Positions 38,389 to 52,004 of a stretch of DNA of 64,000 nucleotides are shown one piece after another. The notes beneath the pieces were generated by a model. The model saw only the letters and a program-made list of their open reading frames with translations, was not told the origin of the DNA and searched no databases. Where the stretch lies: NCBI RefSeq assembly GCF_018350175.1, contig NC_058368.1, positions 150,662,001 to 150,726,000 on the forward strand. Reading direction: 5' to 3'. The stretch is from Felis catus (taxonomy: Eukaryota). A program made the position numbers and the translations under genes. How positions within the stretch are numbered: the stretch's first letter is position 1; each line of letters begins with the position of its first letter.

Positions 38389-40535
38389 AAAAATAATTTA
38401 TTTATTTTTTAATTTGCATCCAAATTAGTTAGCATGTAGTGCAACAATGATTTCAGGAGTAGATGCCTTAATGGCCCTTACCCATTTAGCCCATCCACCA
38501 TCCCACAACCCCTCCAGTAGCCCTCTGTTTGTTCTCCGTATTTAAGAGTCTTTTATGTTTTGTCCCTGTCCCTATTTTTATATTATGTTTGCTTCCCTTC
38601 CCTTATGTTCATCTCTTCTGTGTCTTAAAGTCCTCATATGAGTGAAGTCATAGGATATTTGTCTTTCTCTGACTAATTTTGCTTAGCATAATACCCTCTA
38701 GTTCCATCCATATAGTTGCAAATGACAAGATTTCATTCTTTTTGATTGCTGAGTAATACCCCATTGTGTGTGTGTGTGTGTGTGTGTGTGTTGTGTGTCT
38801 GTGTGTGTGTGTGTACACAACATCTTCTTTGTCCATTCATCTGTTGATGGACATTTGAGCTCTTTCCATACTTTGGCTTTTGTTGATAGTGCTACTACGG
38901 ATATGGGGGTGCATGTGCCTCTTCGAAACAGCATACCTGTATCCCTTGGAAAAATATGTAGTAGTACAATTGCTGGGTCATAGGGTAGTTCTATTTTTAA
39001 TTTTTTGAGGAACCTCCACACTGTTTTCCAGAGTGGCTGCACCAGCCTGCATTCCCACCAGCAGTGCCAAAGAGATCCTCTTTCTCCACATCCTTGCCAA
39101 CATCTGTTGTTGCCTGAGTTGTTAATGTTAGCTACTCTGACCAGTGTGAGGTGATATCTCGTTGTGGTTTTGATTTGTATTTCCCAGATGATGAGTGATA
39201 GTGAGCATTTTTTCATGTGTCGGTTGGCCATCTGGATGTCTTCTTTGGAATGGAAGTGTCGATTCATGTCTTTTGCATGGATGATTTCACTGGATGATTT
39301 GTTTTTTGGGTGTTGAGTTTGGTAAGTTCTTTATAGATTTTGGATACTAACCCTTTATCTGATATGTCGTTTGCAAATATCTTCTCCCATTCCATCGGTT
39401 GCCTTTTAGTTTTGCTGATTGTTTCCTTCACCGTGCAGAAGTTTTTATTTTGATGAGGTCCCAATAGTTCATTTTTGCTTTTGTTTCCCTTGCCTCCAGA
39501 GACGTGTTGAGTAAGAAGTTGCTATGGCCAAGGTCAAAGAGGTTTTTGCCTGCTTTCTCCTTGAGGATTTGGATGGCTTCCTGTCTTACGTTTAAGTCTT
39601 TCATCCATTTTGAGTTTATTTTTGTGTATGGTGTAAGAAAGTGATCCACGTTCATTCTTCTGCATGTCACCATCCAGTTTTCCCAGCACCACTTGCTGAC
39701 GAGACTGTCCATCGGATAGTCTTTGGATATCCCATTGGATGTTCTTTCCTGCTTTGTCAAAAATTCGTGGGCCATACATTTGTGGGTCCATTTCTGTGTT
39801 CTCTATTCTGTTCCATTGATCTGAGTGTCTGTTTTTGTGCCAGTGCCGTACTGTCTTGATGATTACAGTTCTGTAATACCGCTTGAAGTCCAGAATTGTG
39901 ATGCTTCCTGCTTTGGTTTTCTTTTTCAAGGTTGCTTTGGCTATTCAGAGTCTTTCCTGGTTCCACACAAATTTTAGGATTGTTTGTTCTAACTCTGTGA
40001 AGAATGCTGGTATTATTCTGATAGGTATTGCATTGAATATGTAGATTGCTTTGGGTAGTATTGACATGTTAACAATATTTGTTCTTCCTATCCAGGAGCA
40101 TGGAATATTTTTCCATTTTTTTGTGTCTTCTTCAATTTCTTTCGTAAGCTTTCTACAGTTTTCAGTGTATAAGTTTTTCACCTCTTTGGTTAGATTTATT
40201 CCTAAGTATTTTATGGTTTTGGTGCAGTTGTAAATGGGATAGATTCCTTGATTTCTCTTTCTGTTGCTTCATTATTGGTGTATAGGAATGCAACCGATTT
40301 CTGTGCATTGATTTATATCCTGTGACTTTGCTGACTTCAGGGATCAGTTCTAGCCATTTTTTGGTGGAATCTTTTGGGTTTTCCATATAGAGTATCATGT
40401 CATCTGCAAAGAGTGAAAGTGTGACCTTCTGGCTCATTTGGATGCCTTTTATTTCTTTGTGTTGTATGATTGCTGAGGCTAAGACTTCCAATTCTATGTT
40501 GAATAACAGTGGTGAGAGTGGACATCCCTGTCTTG
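38389..40535 (-). mobile_element. 5'-truncated carnivore/felid LINE-1 (ORF2 RT to 3'UTR), dead; left arm of the inverted pair
   Basis: Minus ORFs with [16 protein letters not shown] and CWQGCGE...HCWWEC; TSD tgga(aa/gc)ctaatttttaaa at 38374-38391 and 40536-40553. Confidence 0.97.
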
Positions 40536-41969
40536 TGGAGCCTAATTTTTAAAGCTCTTATCACCTCTGTTACAATCCCCTTCACTTATACAGTGTGATG
40601 AATCTCACTATGTTTCTTTAAAGGATCACTGTTAGCCCTGAAATCTAACTATTGGAGGAATCACAAAAAGAAGTTTGCTCAATGATTTGTGTGTGTGTGT
40701 GTGTGAAGTATTTAGAATGTTGGTAAGAAAATGAATAAGCACTATCTCAAGTGTTTACCTTTGAATAGTGGAATTATAAGGTGATTTTTTTCTCTTTCAT
40801 GCTTTTTAGAACTTTCCAAATTTCTATAATTGACCTACTTTATAATTGGGACGAAGGTTATTAATTCTTTTTGATTAAGGGAGTAAGATGACACTAACAT
40901 CTGCTGATCACCTACCATGAGTTATGTAGTGAACTAGGCACTGTTCCATTTTAAACTTTTATCATTTTTTTAAAACCATAAGAAAATATCTTTTAAATTA
41001 ACTGTTAAGGTGCAGTTTAGAGGAATATTTATTTTCCATGCTAATGATGTGCTTTGGTGTTTTTCTCATTAGGACTCTTTCTGTGTCCTCCTCATGTTAA
41101 GATTAGTAGATGAATTCTAGAAACACATCAATATCTGGGATGTAGTAAGAGTTGAGAAATATCAATGTTCTTTCATTATACCCACGCATTAAATTTGACC
41201 TCTGGCACTGTTAGAAAGAGACAATTTCCCTCACTGTTTTGCTGATACTCTTGAGGTACCTAAACTGTGTAGGGTCTTATCCTTTCTTCTAAGGAGCAAT
41301 GCCATCTTTTATCTAGCCCCGCTTAATTCACCAGTTTTAATTTTCAATTTTCACTTTTTCAGAATGCTTATGAAGAATATATTCTATAGTATAGAAAGGC
41401 TGAGCAAAGTATAATCTACTACATGCACAGAATTGGAGGCCATGCAAACTCTTCAGCCCTCAGTTCCTAAGGACCATAAGTAGCTTTTGTGTTCTCACCC
41501 TAGGGCTTACCCTCAGTGCTTTCTAGATAAAACTGCCTTGGCTTCCCTCTCCTAATCAGGGATGAGGTGATTGGATTGAGTCATGTTTCACGTGAAGTAT
41601 TTGGGCCCCTTATCTGAACCAGTCATTACCTCTTGAGGCAGATGTAACTGGGACTGCCGTAATGATCTGACAAAAGACCTATTCCTTCAACATTACCAGT
41701 CATTAACTCTCCAAGACAAGATGTGACATGCCACAGCCCTCAGACAGTTCATCCAGTAGGAGTTCCTTCTTGACAAATATAATCCCTTTTCACCTTTGTT
41801 CATGACAATTTTATTTCTTTCACAGTGTCAAACTACCAATTTTTCCAAGTCAGCACTCCCTACTTGGACCAGGGACTTTTTTTTCACTTAAAAGGGAGGT
41901 CCTACTATCTTTTCACTTTTGATTGTATCTTACTTTAATTGGTCTTTCTTAGAATAGCAATTTTGAGCA

Positions 41970-41979
41970 TATCTATATC

Positions 41980-42022
<43 letters not shown>
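41970..42022. repeat. (TA)n microsatellite
   Basis: Direct inspection. Confidence 0.95.
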
Positions 42023-42023
<1 letters not shown>

Positions 42024-43459
42024 GAGCAGCACAGCTGGACTCTAATACCTATAAATGTTTTCTTTCCCATTACTTTTGCTGAAAATTGTACAGTTTGAGG
42101 TAAAAAAAAAAAAGCCTGTTTTAATCATAGACACTACTTCATGTTCAGTATGTACAATAAATACTTATTCCACAGATGTGATATCACAATGAATCCGGTG
42201 TTAGGGGTATTTTCCTGAAAGCAAGAGAAAAGCAGAATACTTGGTATCTAGTCTTCAATTCTTAACTTTATTTAAGTAACTTTGCCCACGCAGGAAATTC
42301 TAAAATAAATTGTCTTGTAAAATATGGGATCACTGGTTCAAAATACCTCTATCCTTTTCTCTTCAGTGGTTAAACCTACACAAAGCTATGAAACTGATGC
42401 CACAATTGAGAAGAATTTCTGTTGGGAGACTGTAATTTCCCAGGGAGAGTCTCATTAGCTAGAAGTCGATACAACTATCTGCAACACAGCGCAAAGTTCT
42501 GAACATAAGTGAAATGGGACATGGCTCTTTATTTGACTTAAAAGGTAACTAGGCAAATAATACAGATGTACACAGGAAGACTATACTGATAAACTGAAGA
42601 AAGATAGATGGCACAGAACTTAATGGCCTCCTAGCAGCAGTCTGGTGTGATAATCTGAAGAATGGTCAAGGAACAGCATTCCAAGTCAAGTTTAGGAACT
42701 GGCTGAATGGAATCAGGGAAAGTGGACTATGTCAGATCTAAAAGTGTAGGTTATGGAGTCTTGCATTGGGCTCAGATTCTCTCTAGATAAGCCTTCTCTA
42801 AGGTATAGAATATCAAAGTTCAGTGAGACAGTATTTATCAAGGGTTAGTTTAAGATGAAACAGAAAGAGAAGAAAAACTCTGAAATACAGGAAATTATTG
42901 AAAATAATTTCAATATCTGATTTAAGAAAGAACTCTTGTTCCCTCTTGAAGACAGACAGTCACACAGAGTCTAACAGTAAGATCATCTGCACAGCAGGAG
43001 TGCTGAATGGATAAGCTACCTGCAGAACTGAAAGATACCAGGTGCTGAGGTGTGAGGGGTGGGGGTGAGGGTCCTCAGAGTGTTGAGGGTAGGAGGAGAA
43101 AGACAATCTCCTGCAGGACAGAGAGAATAAGAAACAATGGACAAAGGGGAGTAAACTCATCAATAACGTTTACAAATGATCTTTAGGTAACATTCAGCCT
43201 TTCAGTTATAGAGCACTCCCACATTTTGAGGCTGCAATTACTTTTCTTCTCTTAGAAGTGTATAGTTAGATGGGCTCTACTTCTCTGATATATATAATTT
43301 TAAAAAATAATAGTCTGGATTATAAACTAGAAAGCTAGTTATTACCATGCAACAGTTTTATGCAATGGGGTATAATTGCTCACTAACTGTTCTATGTTCT
43401 CTCATTTTTTGTTTATCTCTTAATTAGATTTTCAGTAACTCAAGGGCTGGATAAATATC

Positions 43460-43700
43460 ACTCACTGCTTAAAAGCTTAAACTCTGGAGGTTGATAGAGC
43501 TGGTGAGATTCCTATTCTTTCTTATCTGTGTGTCCTTGAGCAAATTATTAACCTCCCTAAGCTTCAGTTTATTCGCATGTAAAATGGGAATAATAAGAAA
43601 CCTTCCTCATGGAGTTGTATTAAGGAATAAATAAAGTGAATGAAATAACATAAATAAAATATTTCCATTTTGTGACAAATAACACAGCAGCTAAGTGTGC
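43460..43700 (+). mobile_element. MIR
   Basis: ctgtgtgtccttgagcaaattattaacctccctaagcttcagtttattcgcatgtaaaatgggaataata. Confidence 0.8.
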
Positions 43701-44148
43701 TAATGTTGAAATAAAACATGTCTACTGTCTTTTCTTCTATCATATACCTTTAGGACTGTTGTGGAAGACATGCTGTTAGAATGTATTCTATTTTGTCTGT
43801 TATCACATTATGTGAAAAGTTCAGGACTGATATTCACTAAATTTGAGGTTATGTTTGGGATACTATGACAGAAACTAAAGATTTGAAAACTCAATAATCC
43901 CCCAGGGCAGCTGAAACTAAGGCACAATAAGGAGCCCATGTGACTACTCATCTGGGAGAGGCATGCCACAGGCAACAAGATGCAATAGAGGCAGTAAACA
44001 GACAATGGATTCTAAGGGGCAGGGACTCCAAGTGGCAGCTGATTTACAATCACATAGGCAACTCTAGGTATATACCCCAGGGAAAGCAGCAACAGCAAAT
44101 TTTAGCTGTATGTATATGTATGTATCTATATCCATCAATTCTATACAT

Positions 44149-44175
44149 GCACACACACACACACACACACATATG

Positions 44176-44215
<40 letters not shown>
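44149..44215. repeat. (CA)n(TA)n compound microsatellite
   Basis: Direct inspection. Confidence 0.95.
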
Positions 44216-44217
<2 letters not shown>

Positions 44218-45705
44218 CTCAACATCTTCATATAAAAATGTGAGCATGGGAAAGGGAAGTTACTATGTTAAACAAATGAAAATATTTTCATAACCTGAAA
44301 TTAATCGCAAATACAAAGCTAACAACTGCATTGGATTACAATTTGTAAAGAAACTACTGGACCCAGCCACTGAACTTCCTCACCATCCTCAATGCTCCCC
44401 AAACCTCTGCACCTTCCTCCCTTCTGCCACTTCCTCCAATCCAATCTTTATAAGCAATGTAAAAGCGATGGCAGTTTTTACCTGTGATTAGTATAGCTAA
44501 TTCATAGAATGAACTGAAAAGAGCCATTTAAGAAAAAAGAAAAGCATATACTGCATCTGAAGACATGTAACACTCTATCTATAATGTAGTTTCTAATGTC
44601 TGTATATGTATTTATATACAACATATACAAATATAGATGTAATATACATAAATATAGTTACTAGGCAATCACACAAAGTATTTAAGGTAAGTTATATGCA
44701 CTATTCAAATCTGTCATATATCATATTTCTATTTAATGCATCCAAATGCCCTAATGATTAATGAATGGAAGCAAACTGACAAGCTGCAAACAATGTGTAG
44801 AAAATTGGTCACTAAGACTATATTAGGAATCTTCCAGGAATAGAAGTAAACAGAAAACAATTAAGTCTAATTGTTTCTCCATAGTTGTAGTCCAGGTTAA
44901 ATTAAAATGTACCACGTAGTTTTTAAACTATTGATTTCAAATTTCTTGGTTTTAAATATGAAGAATTCCTCCTCTAAAGTATTCCTAAAATAAAACAGAA
45001 TACTTAATAAATAACTGTGATACAGCTTTGTGTTTTATTACTTTATTTGTGCCATAAATGAAGGATTTCAATCTTTCATTTGGCATCTTTCAGAAGTACT
45101 GAATTTACACACACACAAAAAGTTATCATATTTTTCTTTTCTTATGTCATTTCAGAAAGTAAGCAAACTGGTGGTTTTATTAAGCATTTATTAACCTTAT
45201 AACCATGACTCAGACTATTAAATATATTGCTTGTGTGTACTAAAAAATATTTTTCGAAACGAGGAGGAAATAGGCTCTTGAAAGACAGAGGAAACACAGA
45301 ATTAAGAAAAATGCATGTTCACTTGCCATAAAGTTTAAGCAGCAGTCTCCATAGAGAGAGAAGAAAAATAAAATATTTTTCTTCCTTAGAGTTTTTAAAA
45401 AAATAGTTACTTTGGGCTAACAATGAGAAGCAGAACAGAAAACAGCAGAAATTTGGTTGCTTGATATTGTTGCTATGAGACTGAATTCAACCCAGCATGT
45501 GTGGGACCTCGCTCTGGCCCCTCAGCTCTACTGTATTTCAAGGCACATGGAGGTGTGCAGTGGGAGAGAGTTCCGATGCCCTGTGATTGAGGACTACAAA
45601 TGCCAGCATACTGAGATTGCCCATAATTTGGTAAGCAGTAAAGAACAGCTGGAGATTAAGAGGTAAGGGGGAGAGGAAGGTTAGATTTAAAAACATAAAT
45701 ACTTC

Positions 45706-45905
45706 GGGCGCCTGGGTAGCTCAGTCAGTTAAGCATCTGAGGTCGGCTTAGGTCATGATCTCACCATTTGTTGGGTTCAAGCCCCGTGTTGGGCTCAGCA
45801 CTGGCAGTGTGGAGCCTGCTTAGGATTTTCACTCTCTTCTTTCTCTCTGCACCTCCCCCACTCATGCTTTCTCTCTCTCAAAATAAATAAATAAACTTAA
45901 AAAAA
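45706..45905 (+). mobile_element. CanSINE/SINEC
   Basis: TSD aacataaat(a/t)ctt. Confidence 0.92.
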
Positions 45906-46138
45906 GGAACATAAATTCTTAAGGAAAGAACTCACTAATTTACCTAATGTAGAGATCTGATAACTAAAATAATTTGAAATGAAGATTTCAAAAGATAGTG
46001 TCTAACTCAGGCAAAGACTGATTAATCATATAATGTTTAAGTGGACTTCAAAAATGGGATCTTAACGGATATGTCAGATTCTCTAAGTGCAAGTAAAATC
46101 TTATGTAGAGGTGAGTGGGGATGGTGGTAAATCTGATG

Positions 46139-46322
46139 AGTGGTTTTCAAACATTTTTAATAGTGAGCACTTAAATTTGAAAATAAAAATGAAGCAACAA
46201 TACACAACATTTCATTAAGACCAATGAAAACAAAGGTGGTTGACGGGACGGGCATGGAGATAATGACACTCAGTACATCTCAGCATGGTGCGGACACTTC
46301 TCTGCACAATTTGAAGGCACTA
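46139..46322. mobile_element. hAT MITE, MER117-like
   Basis: Imperfect terminal inverted repeats agtggttttcaaac...atttgaaggcact. Confidence 0.4.
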
Positions 46323-48223
46323 CCCAATAAGTAAAGAGGACCTGATTACTTCCCCAGGTCCTCTACATTCCTTTATCAATGATACAACAGTCTGGCCTTT
46401 ATAAAGATTCATCCTTAGATTTTTGCCAATCTCCAAATTAATACCACTAAAGTATATAATTATCCCCTCCTTCCCCAATAGGGCATAATTTTATCAGAGT
46501 AACCACACATACAATACATAGGAAACTACAGAAAGTCCTAAAATGATAGGCTGGGTAATTCTCAGGCTCACTTGTTACCTACATGACTTGTTTCCATATA
46601 TCAACCTCGCATAATGATGTAACTTCAGGTAGAACCTTTTACATAGCCTTTTATATAATCCCATTTTTTTGGTTTACTGTTGAATTTAGTATTTCACTCC
46701 AAGTGTATTTAGGAAACTAAATACAACCCACAATCTCATTCTCAACATTAGAAATTATTATAGAAACGTAGTGAATTATTTTGTGTGGCTTCTGTTTCAA
46801 TTCTATTATATACTCTTAAGTCATGATGACATTCTTGAATTGATGAAGTATCAGAATTGAAGAAATTAAGGCTGTCCATGATAAAAACACACACAATCAG
46901 ATAAACAAACATAAAGACTTTCTCTAAGGAATTCAAAATGCTTCACAAATGATTCTTTATCATTCATGTTAATGAAAGGCAGATGATCTTCATTTTAGTT
47001 AATGGCTTTAATTTTCCACCCTGCCAAATTTTTTACTGACCCCACTGCTAAATAATTTAAGCCTAAAATCCACTTTCTCCCTCTGCATCATCCTTTAAGG
47101 GAGAGCTAATGAATAATAAAAACACAAAATTGGACAACAGATCTAGAAAGCACAAAAAAAGAAATTCTGAATGGTTCATAACTTGTATAATAAATAGGTG
47201 GCTACCCTATTTAATCTTGTAATTCTCTTGTGAGCTAGAATTGGAAGATGCAATTTGCTAATAAGGAAACAGGCAAAGAGAATATATTCACTATGCTAAT
47301 TCCAAATGATTTATCCAATGTCACCCTGAGCTAAGGTTCAGCATAGAAGTGAGTGATTATTAAGACAATCTAAACAGGACATTGGATTACTAAAGAAGCA
47401 CATGGATCTCCTTCTCAGAAAATATAAAAATAGGATTGGTACTCATGTTGGCTTTGTACAGAAATAATTTTGTCAAGAGATACAATTATTTTTTAAAAAG
47501 GAACAATTATTAACTCTGGAGAAGATAACTTCTTTTCAAATAACATTAGGTATTTCAATTCAAATTAAAAATTTTTATTGTTTTTCCAATTAGATTTAGG
47601 GCACTGGGTTGTGCTGGATAGGTGTTGAAGGGCAGCAACACACACATTTTACCTTCAAGGGACTTTAAATCTAGGAAAGAGTATAAAATGTGTCACAAAA
47701 GTTATAAAATGCTCACAGCACTGTTAGTGCTACAAGACAGGTGCAAAAAGGAGGAAGTGATTACATGTAGCTTGAAACTTGATAAAAGGGAGGGTAGTAC
47801 ATTGGGGTACAGATAAAACTAGCCTGGGCATAAATTGGTAACTACTAAAGCTTCATCATGGATACATGAAGGTTCATTACATTATTTTGTCCTTTTTTTT
47901 TGTCCATTTAATTTTTTCATAATAAAAAGTGCTTCTTAAAAAGGGCTTCATGAATAAAGTGGCATTTAAGACAGACCTTGACCAAAGAGCACTATTTTGA
48001 CAAACCAAGAATTGACGGTAGAAACAGCAAGATCCAGACATGTAGTTGGAAAGCCTGGGACTATTTAGATTCACAACTATACTACTTAGTTAGAACATAA
48101 AGTAGGGAAATGTGATAAAACTAAAAACTGTTTTTATTATTATTGTGTTAATGACTATGAATATTAAATTGTGACAATTAAAATTATTACAGCTGTTAAT
48201 AGCCATTGGTGACTTTAGCATGA

Positions 48224-48437
48224 TTTTTTTTTTTGAGAGAGAGGTGTGCAAGTGAGTGAGGGGCAGAGAGAGAGAAGAGAGAGAGGATCCCAAGAGGGGC
48301 AGAGAAAGGAAGAGAGGGAGATTGAGAAGTATGGCTCACCTGAAGTGAGGCTCAAGTTCGCCTGATGCGGGATTCAAACTAGTAAACTGTAAGATCATGA
48401 CCTGATCTGAAGCTAGATGCTTAATGACCAGGTGCCC
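48224..48437 (-). mobile_element. CanSINE/SINEC
   Basis: TSD actttagcatga. Confidence 0.88.
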
Positions 48438-51205
48438 AACTTTAGCATGACCTTATTAAATCTTTGATTATGAGAGAAAGAGAAAGACTGGAATGAAGCA
48501 GATCTGAGTCCAAATTCCAGTTAGAAAGACATTACAAAGTTCAAAAGAGGCAATCCAGAAAAGAGCAGCAATAGTAGATATGGAATAGAAAGACCAGGGA
48601 ACAGGGAGAATACTAGGACAACTGCTTGAACTATGAAGAGAAAGAGAGAGGACAGAGAAGGTCAAAGATTTTGTTTCCAGTTTGGGTGCACAGAAGCAGG
48701 GGTGGCAGGGGAGGAGCCAAGATGGCAGAACAGCATGGAAGTATTTTTTTGCGACTTGCATCCATGATATACAGCCACATAAACACTAAACCGTCCTGCA
48801 CATCTAGAAAACGGATTTGAGGATTAACACAACAATCTGCACGATCTGAACCACAGAACTCAGCAGGTATGTGGCAGAGAGGGGTGAACCAGGGGAGAGA
48901 GAAACTGCGGAGAGCAGAGAACTGTTTTTGCTTGTGGAGAGAGGATGGAGACTGGGGGAGAGTATAGGAAAAGCACCCCCCGGAAAAGCAGCTGGAGAGA
49001 AAGTGGAAAAGTGGAAAGAGTTGCAGGGACTGAACTAAAAAGGGAGAAAGGAGAAAGGAGAGGGTTTAAATTACATTAAGACTCTATAAACAGGGGGAGT
49101 GTGGAGTCTGAAACCCCGTAGCTCAATACCTGGTGGTGCTCTGGTGGGAAGGACGAATCCGCAGGAGCAGAGCGAGGTCCGGGTATCCTCAGGCCACCTG
49201 CGGAGAGGCAGTTCCCCTGCTGGAAGGACATTTGGTAGAGGCTGTGTGGCAACCTGGTCCCAGCAGACCCCAGAGAACAACCATATTCACTGGTGCTAGA
49301 ACAAGGTCATTAAGGGTGATGCCTGGTGCCAGATGTGTGTTGTGATTTTCCATAATCCCTGAAACACTACTGCTATACGACCGTGTGAACTTTTTCTGGG
49401 GCAGGCTGGCACCCAGCCAGTCTCTACGCATCGGCAGCAGCATGGTCCCATGAACTTTCCTAGATGCAGCTGGCACCTGGCCATTGCTCAGTGAGACCCT
49501 CCCCAGAGGGTCTAAGCAAGCCAAAGCCATAGTCCCTCAGAAGTGAGGGGTCGGGAAAGACAGATTTACCTGAGATAAAACTCAGGAGGGAGGTGCTGCC
49601 TGGCAACCTGACAGCTTGGTCACAGACAGTATAAAAGCCGGGAGTGGACGGAAGCTGGAGACAAAGTACAGGTGTGTGACTGCTGACTGAGGAGAACAGA
49701 GTTCCAATACTAGAGACTGGGTAGCTGGGTGATGCCATTTTAACTCCTGCCATTATTGTGCATACACACCTACAAGTGCCACAACAATCCACCCCAGTAA
49801 GCTAAGCAGTGCCATCTAGGGGAGAATGGAGCTGTTACACTAAGCCCTTCCCAAATGGGCCAATCTCACTCTTCAGGAACACCACAAATCTCTCCGCCTG
49901 CTTAATTTGTGGACTATAAAGTGCTTCAGAGTTTGACTTCTGGGGGAAAATGATGTAATTTCAATCATTTCAATCATTTCAAACGTTTTGCTGGTGCGTC
50001 TATTCAATTTTCTTTTCTTTTTTCTTTTTTGTTTCTTTTCTTTTTCTTGAATCCAAAAGAGAAAATATTTATTTTTATTTTCAATTTTTATTAAAAATAT
50101 TTTTCTTTAATATTTTTGTACTATGTTCTTTACTTTTGTGTAAATTTTCCAAATTCTATTTTACTTCCATCATTTCATTTTATTCTATTTCATTGCATTC
50201 ATTTTTTCAAATTTTCAAATGTTTTCTTTTTTTTTTTCTTTTTTTCCCTAATCTATTAAGCTCCTTTCAACAACCAGACCAAAATACACCTAGGATCTAG
50301 CATCATTTATTTGATTTGTGTGTGTATGTGTGTGTTGTTTCTAATTTTTTAATTTTAATTTTTTTAACTTTACTAATTCCTTTTCTTCCTTCAAAATGAT
50401 GAAATGAAGGCATTCACCCCAAAAGAAAGAGCAGGAAGAAACAACAGCCAGGGACTTAATCAACACAGATACAAGCAAGATGTGTGAACCAGAATTTAGA
50501 ATCACAATAATAAGAATACTAGCTGGGGTCCAAAATAGATTAGAATCCTTTTCTGCAGAGATAAAAGAAGTAAAAGCTAGTCAGGATGAAATAAAAAATG
50601 CTATAACTGAGCTGCAATCTTGAGTGGATGCCATGGTGGCAAGAATGAATGAGGCAGGGCAGCGAATCAGCAATATAGAGAACAAACTTATGGAGAATAA
50701 TGAAGCAGAAAGAAAGAGGGAGACTAAGGCAAAAGAGCACGATTTAAGAATTAGAGAAATCAGTGACTCAATAAAAAGGAACATCAGAATCATAGGGGGA
50801 TCCAGAAGATGAAGAGAGAGAAAAAGGAGAAGGGTTATATGAGCAAATCATAGCGGAAAACTTTCCTAACCTGGGGAAAGACACAGACAGCAAAATCCAA
50901 GAAGCAAAGAGAACTCCCCTAAGATTCAACAAAAACCAACCATCAACAAGGCATATCATAGTCAAATTCACAAAATACTCAGGCAAGGAGAGAATCATGA
51001 AAAGCAGCAAGGGAAAAAAAGTTCTTAACCTAGAAGGCAAGACAGATGAGGTTTGCAGCAGACCTATCCACAAAAACTTGGCAGGCTAGAAAGAAGTGGC
51101 AAGATATATTCAATGTGCTGAATCAGAAAAATATGCACCCAAGAATTCTTTGTCCAAGAAGGCTGTCATTCAAAACAGAAGGAGAGTTTAAAAGTTACCC
51201 AGACA

Positions 51206-51421
51206 GGGGCGCCTGGGTAGCTCAGTCAGTTGGACGTCTGACTTCAGCTCAGGTCATGATCACATAGTCTGTGAGTTTGAGCCCCACAATGGGCTCTGTG
51301 GTGACAGCTCAGAGCCTGGAGCCTGCTTCAGATTCTGTGTCTCCCTCTCTCTCTGCCCCTCCCCTGCTCATGCTCTGTCTCTCTGTCTCAAAAATAAATA
51401 AAAACATTAAAAAAAATTTTT
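51206..51421 (+). mobile_element. CanSINE inserted in L1 ORF1
   Basis: TSD-like aaaa(-/t)gtt(a/t)cccag(a/g)ca. Confidence 0.93.
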
Positions 51422-51521
51422 AAAAATGTTTCCCAGGCAAACAAAAATTAAAGGAGTTCATGACCACTAAACCAGCTGTGCAAGAAATATTAAGGGGGAA
51501 TCTCTGAGGGGGAGAAAAGAG

Positions 51522-51523
51522 GA

Positions 51524-51575
<52 letters not shown>

Positions 51576-51621
51576 AACAAAGGAAGGAAGGAAGGAAGGA
51601 AGGAAGGAAGGAAGGAAGGAA

Positions 51622-51679
<58 letters not shown>

Positions 51680-51682
51680 AAA
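51522..51682 (+). repeat. (GAAA)n(GGAA)n(GAAA)n compound tetranucleotide repeat in the L1 inter-ORF region
   Basis: Direct inspection; about 160 nt purine-only apart from one C. Confidence 0.97.
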
Positions 51683-51779
51683 AATAAATAAATACAAAAG
51701 TAACAAAGACTAGAAAGGACCAGAGAATACCACCAGACATTCCAACTCTGCAAGAAACATAATGGCAATAAATTCATAC

Positions 51780-52004
51780 CTTTTATTTTATTTTATTGTT
51801 TTAATGTTTATTTATTTTTGAGACAGAGAGAGACACAGAATGAGCAGGGGAGGGGCAGAGAGAGAGGGAGACACAGAATCTGAAGCAGGCTCCAGGCTCT
51901 GAGCTGTTAGCACAGAGCCCGACGCAGGGCTCGAACTCATGGACATGAGATCATGACCTGAGCCGAAGTCAGATGCTTAACCAACTGAGCCACCCAGGCG
52001 CCCC
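51780..52004 (-). mobile_element. CanSINE inserted at the start of L1 ORF2
   Basis: TSD taaattcataccttt. Confidence 0.95.

Noticed and set aside
38389..40535. Simple recent segmental duplication as the origin of the inverted L1 pair
   Set aside because: Homology stops at the L1 boundaries, the left copy has its own TSD, and divergence is patchy rather than uniform.
40595..40641. C/D box snoRNA-like GTGATGA...CTGA
   Set aside because: Only 47 nt from box C to box D and no terminal stem.
44482..44513. 32-nt minus-strand micro-exon candidate (SFYELAILIT)
   Set aside because: Isolated, not frame-preserving, and no partner exons or recognisable protein.
51420..51777. Low-complexity ORFs (FFLS repeats; also SLSL, RERE and YIYI ORFs elsewhere)
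   Set aside because: Translations of microsatellites and SINE (CT)n tracts.
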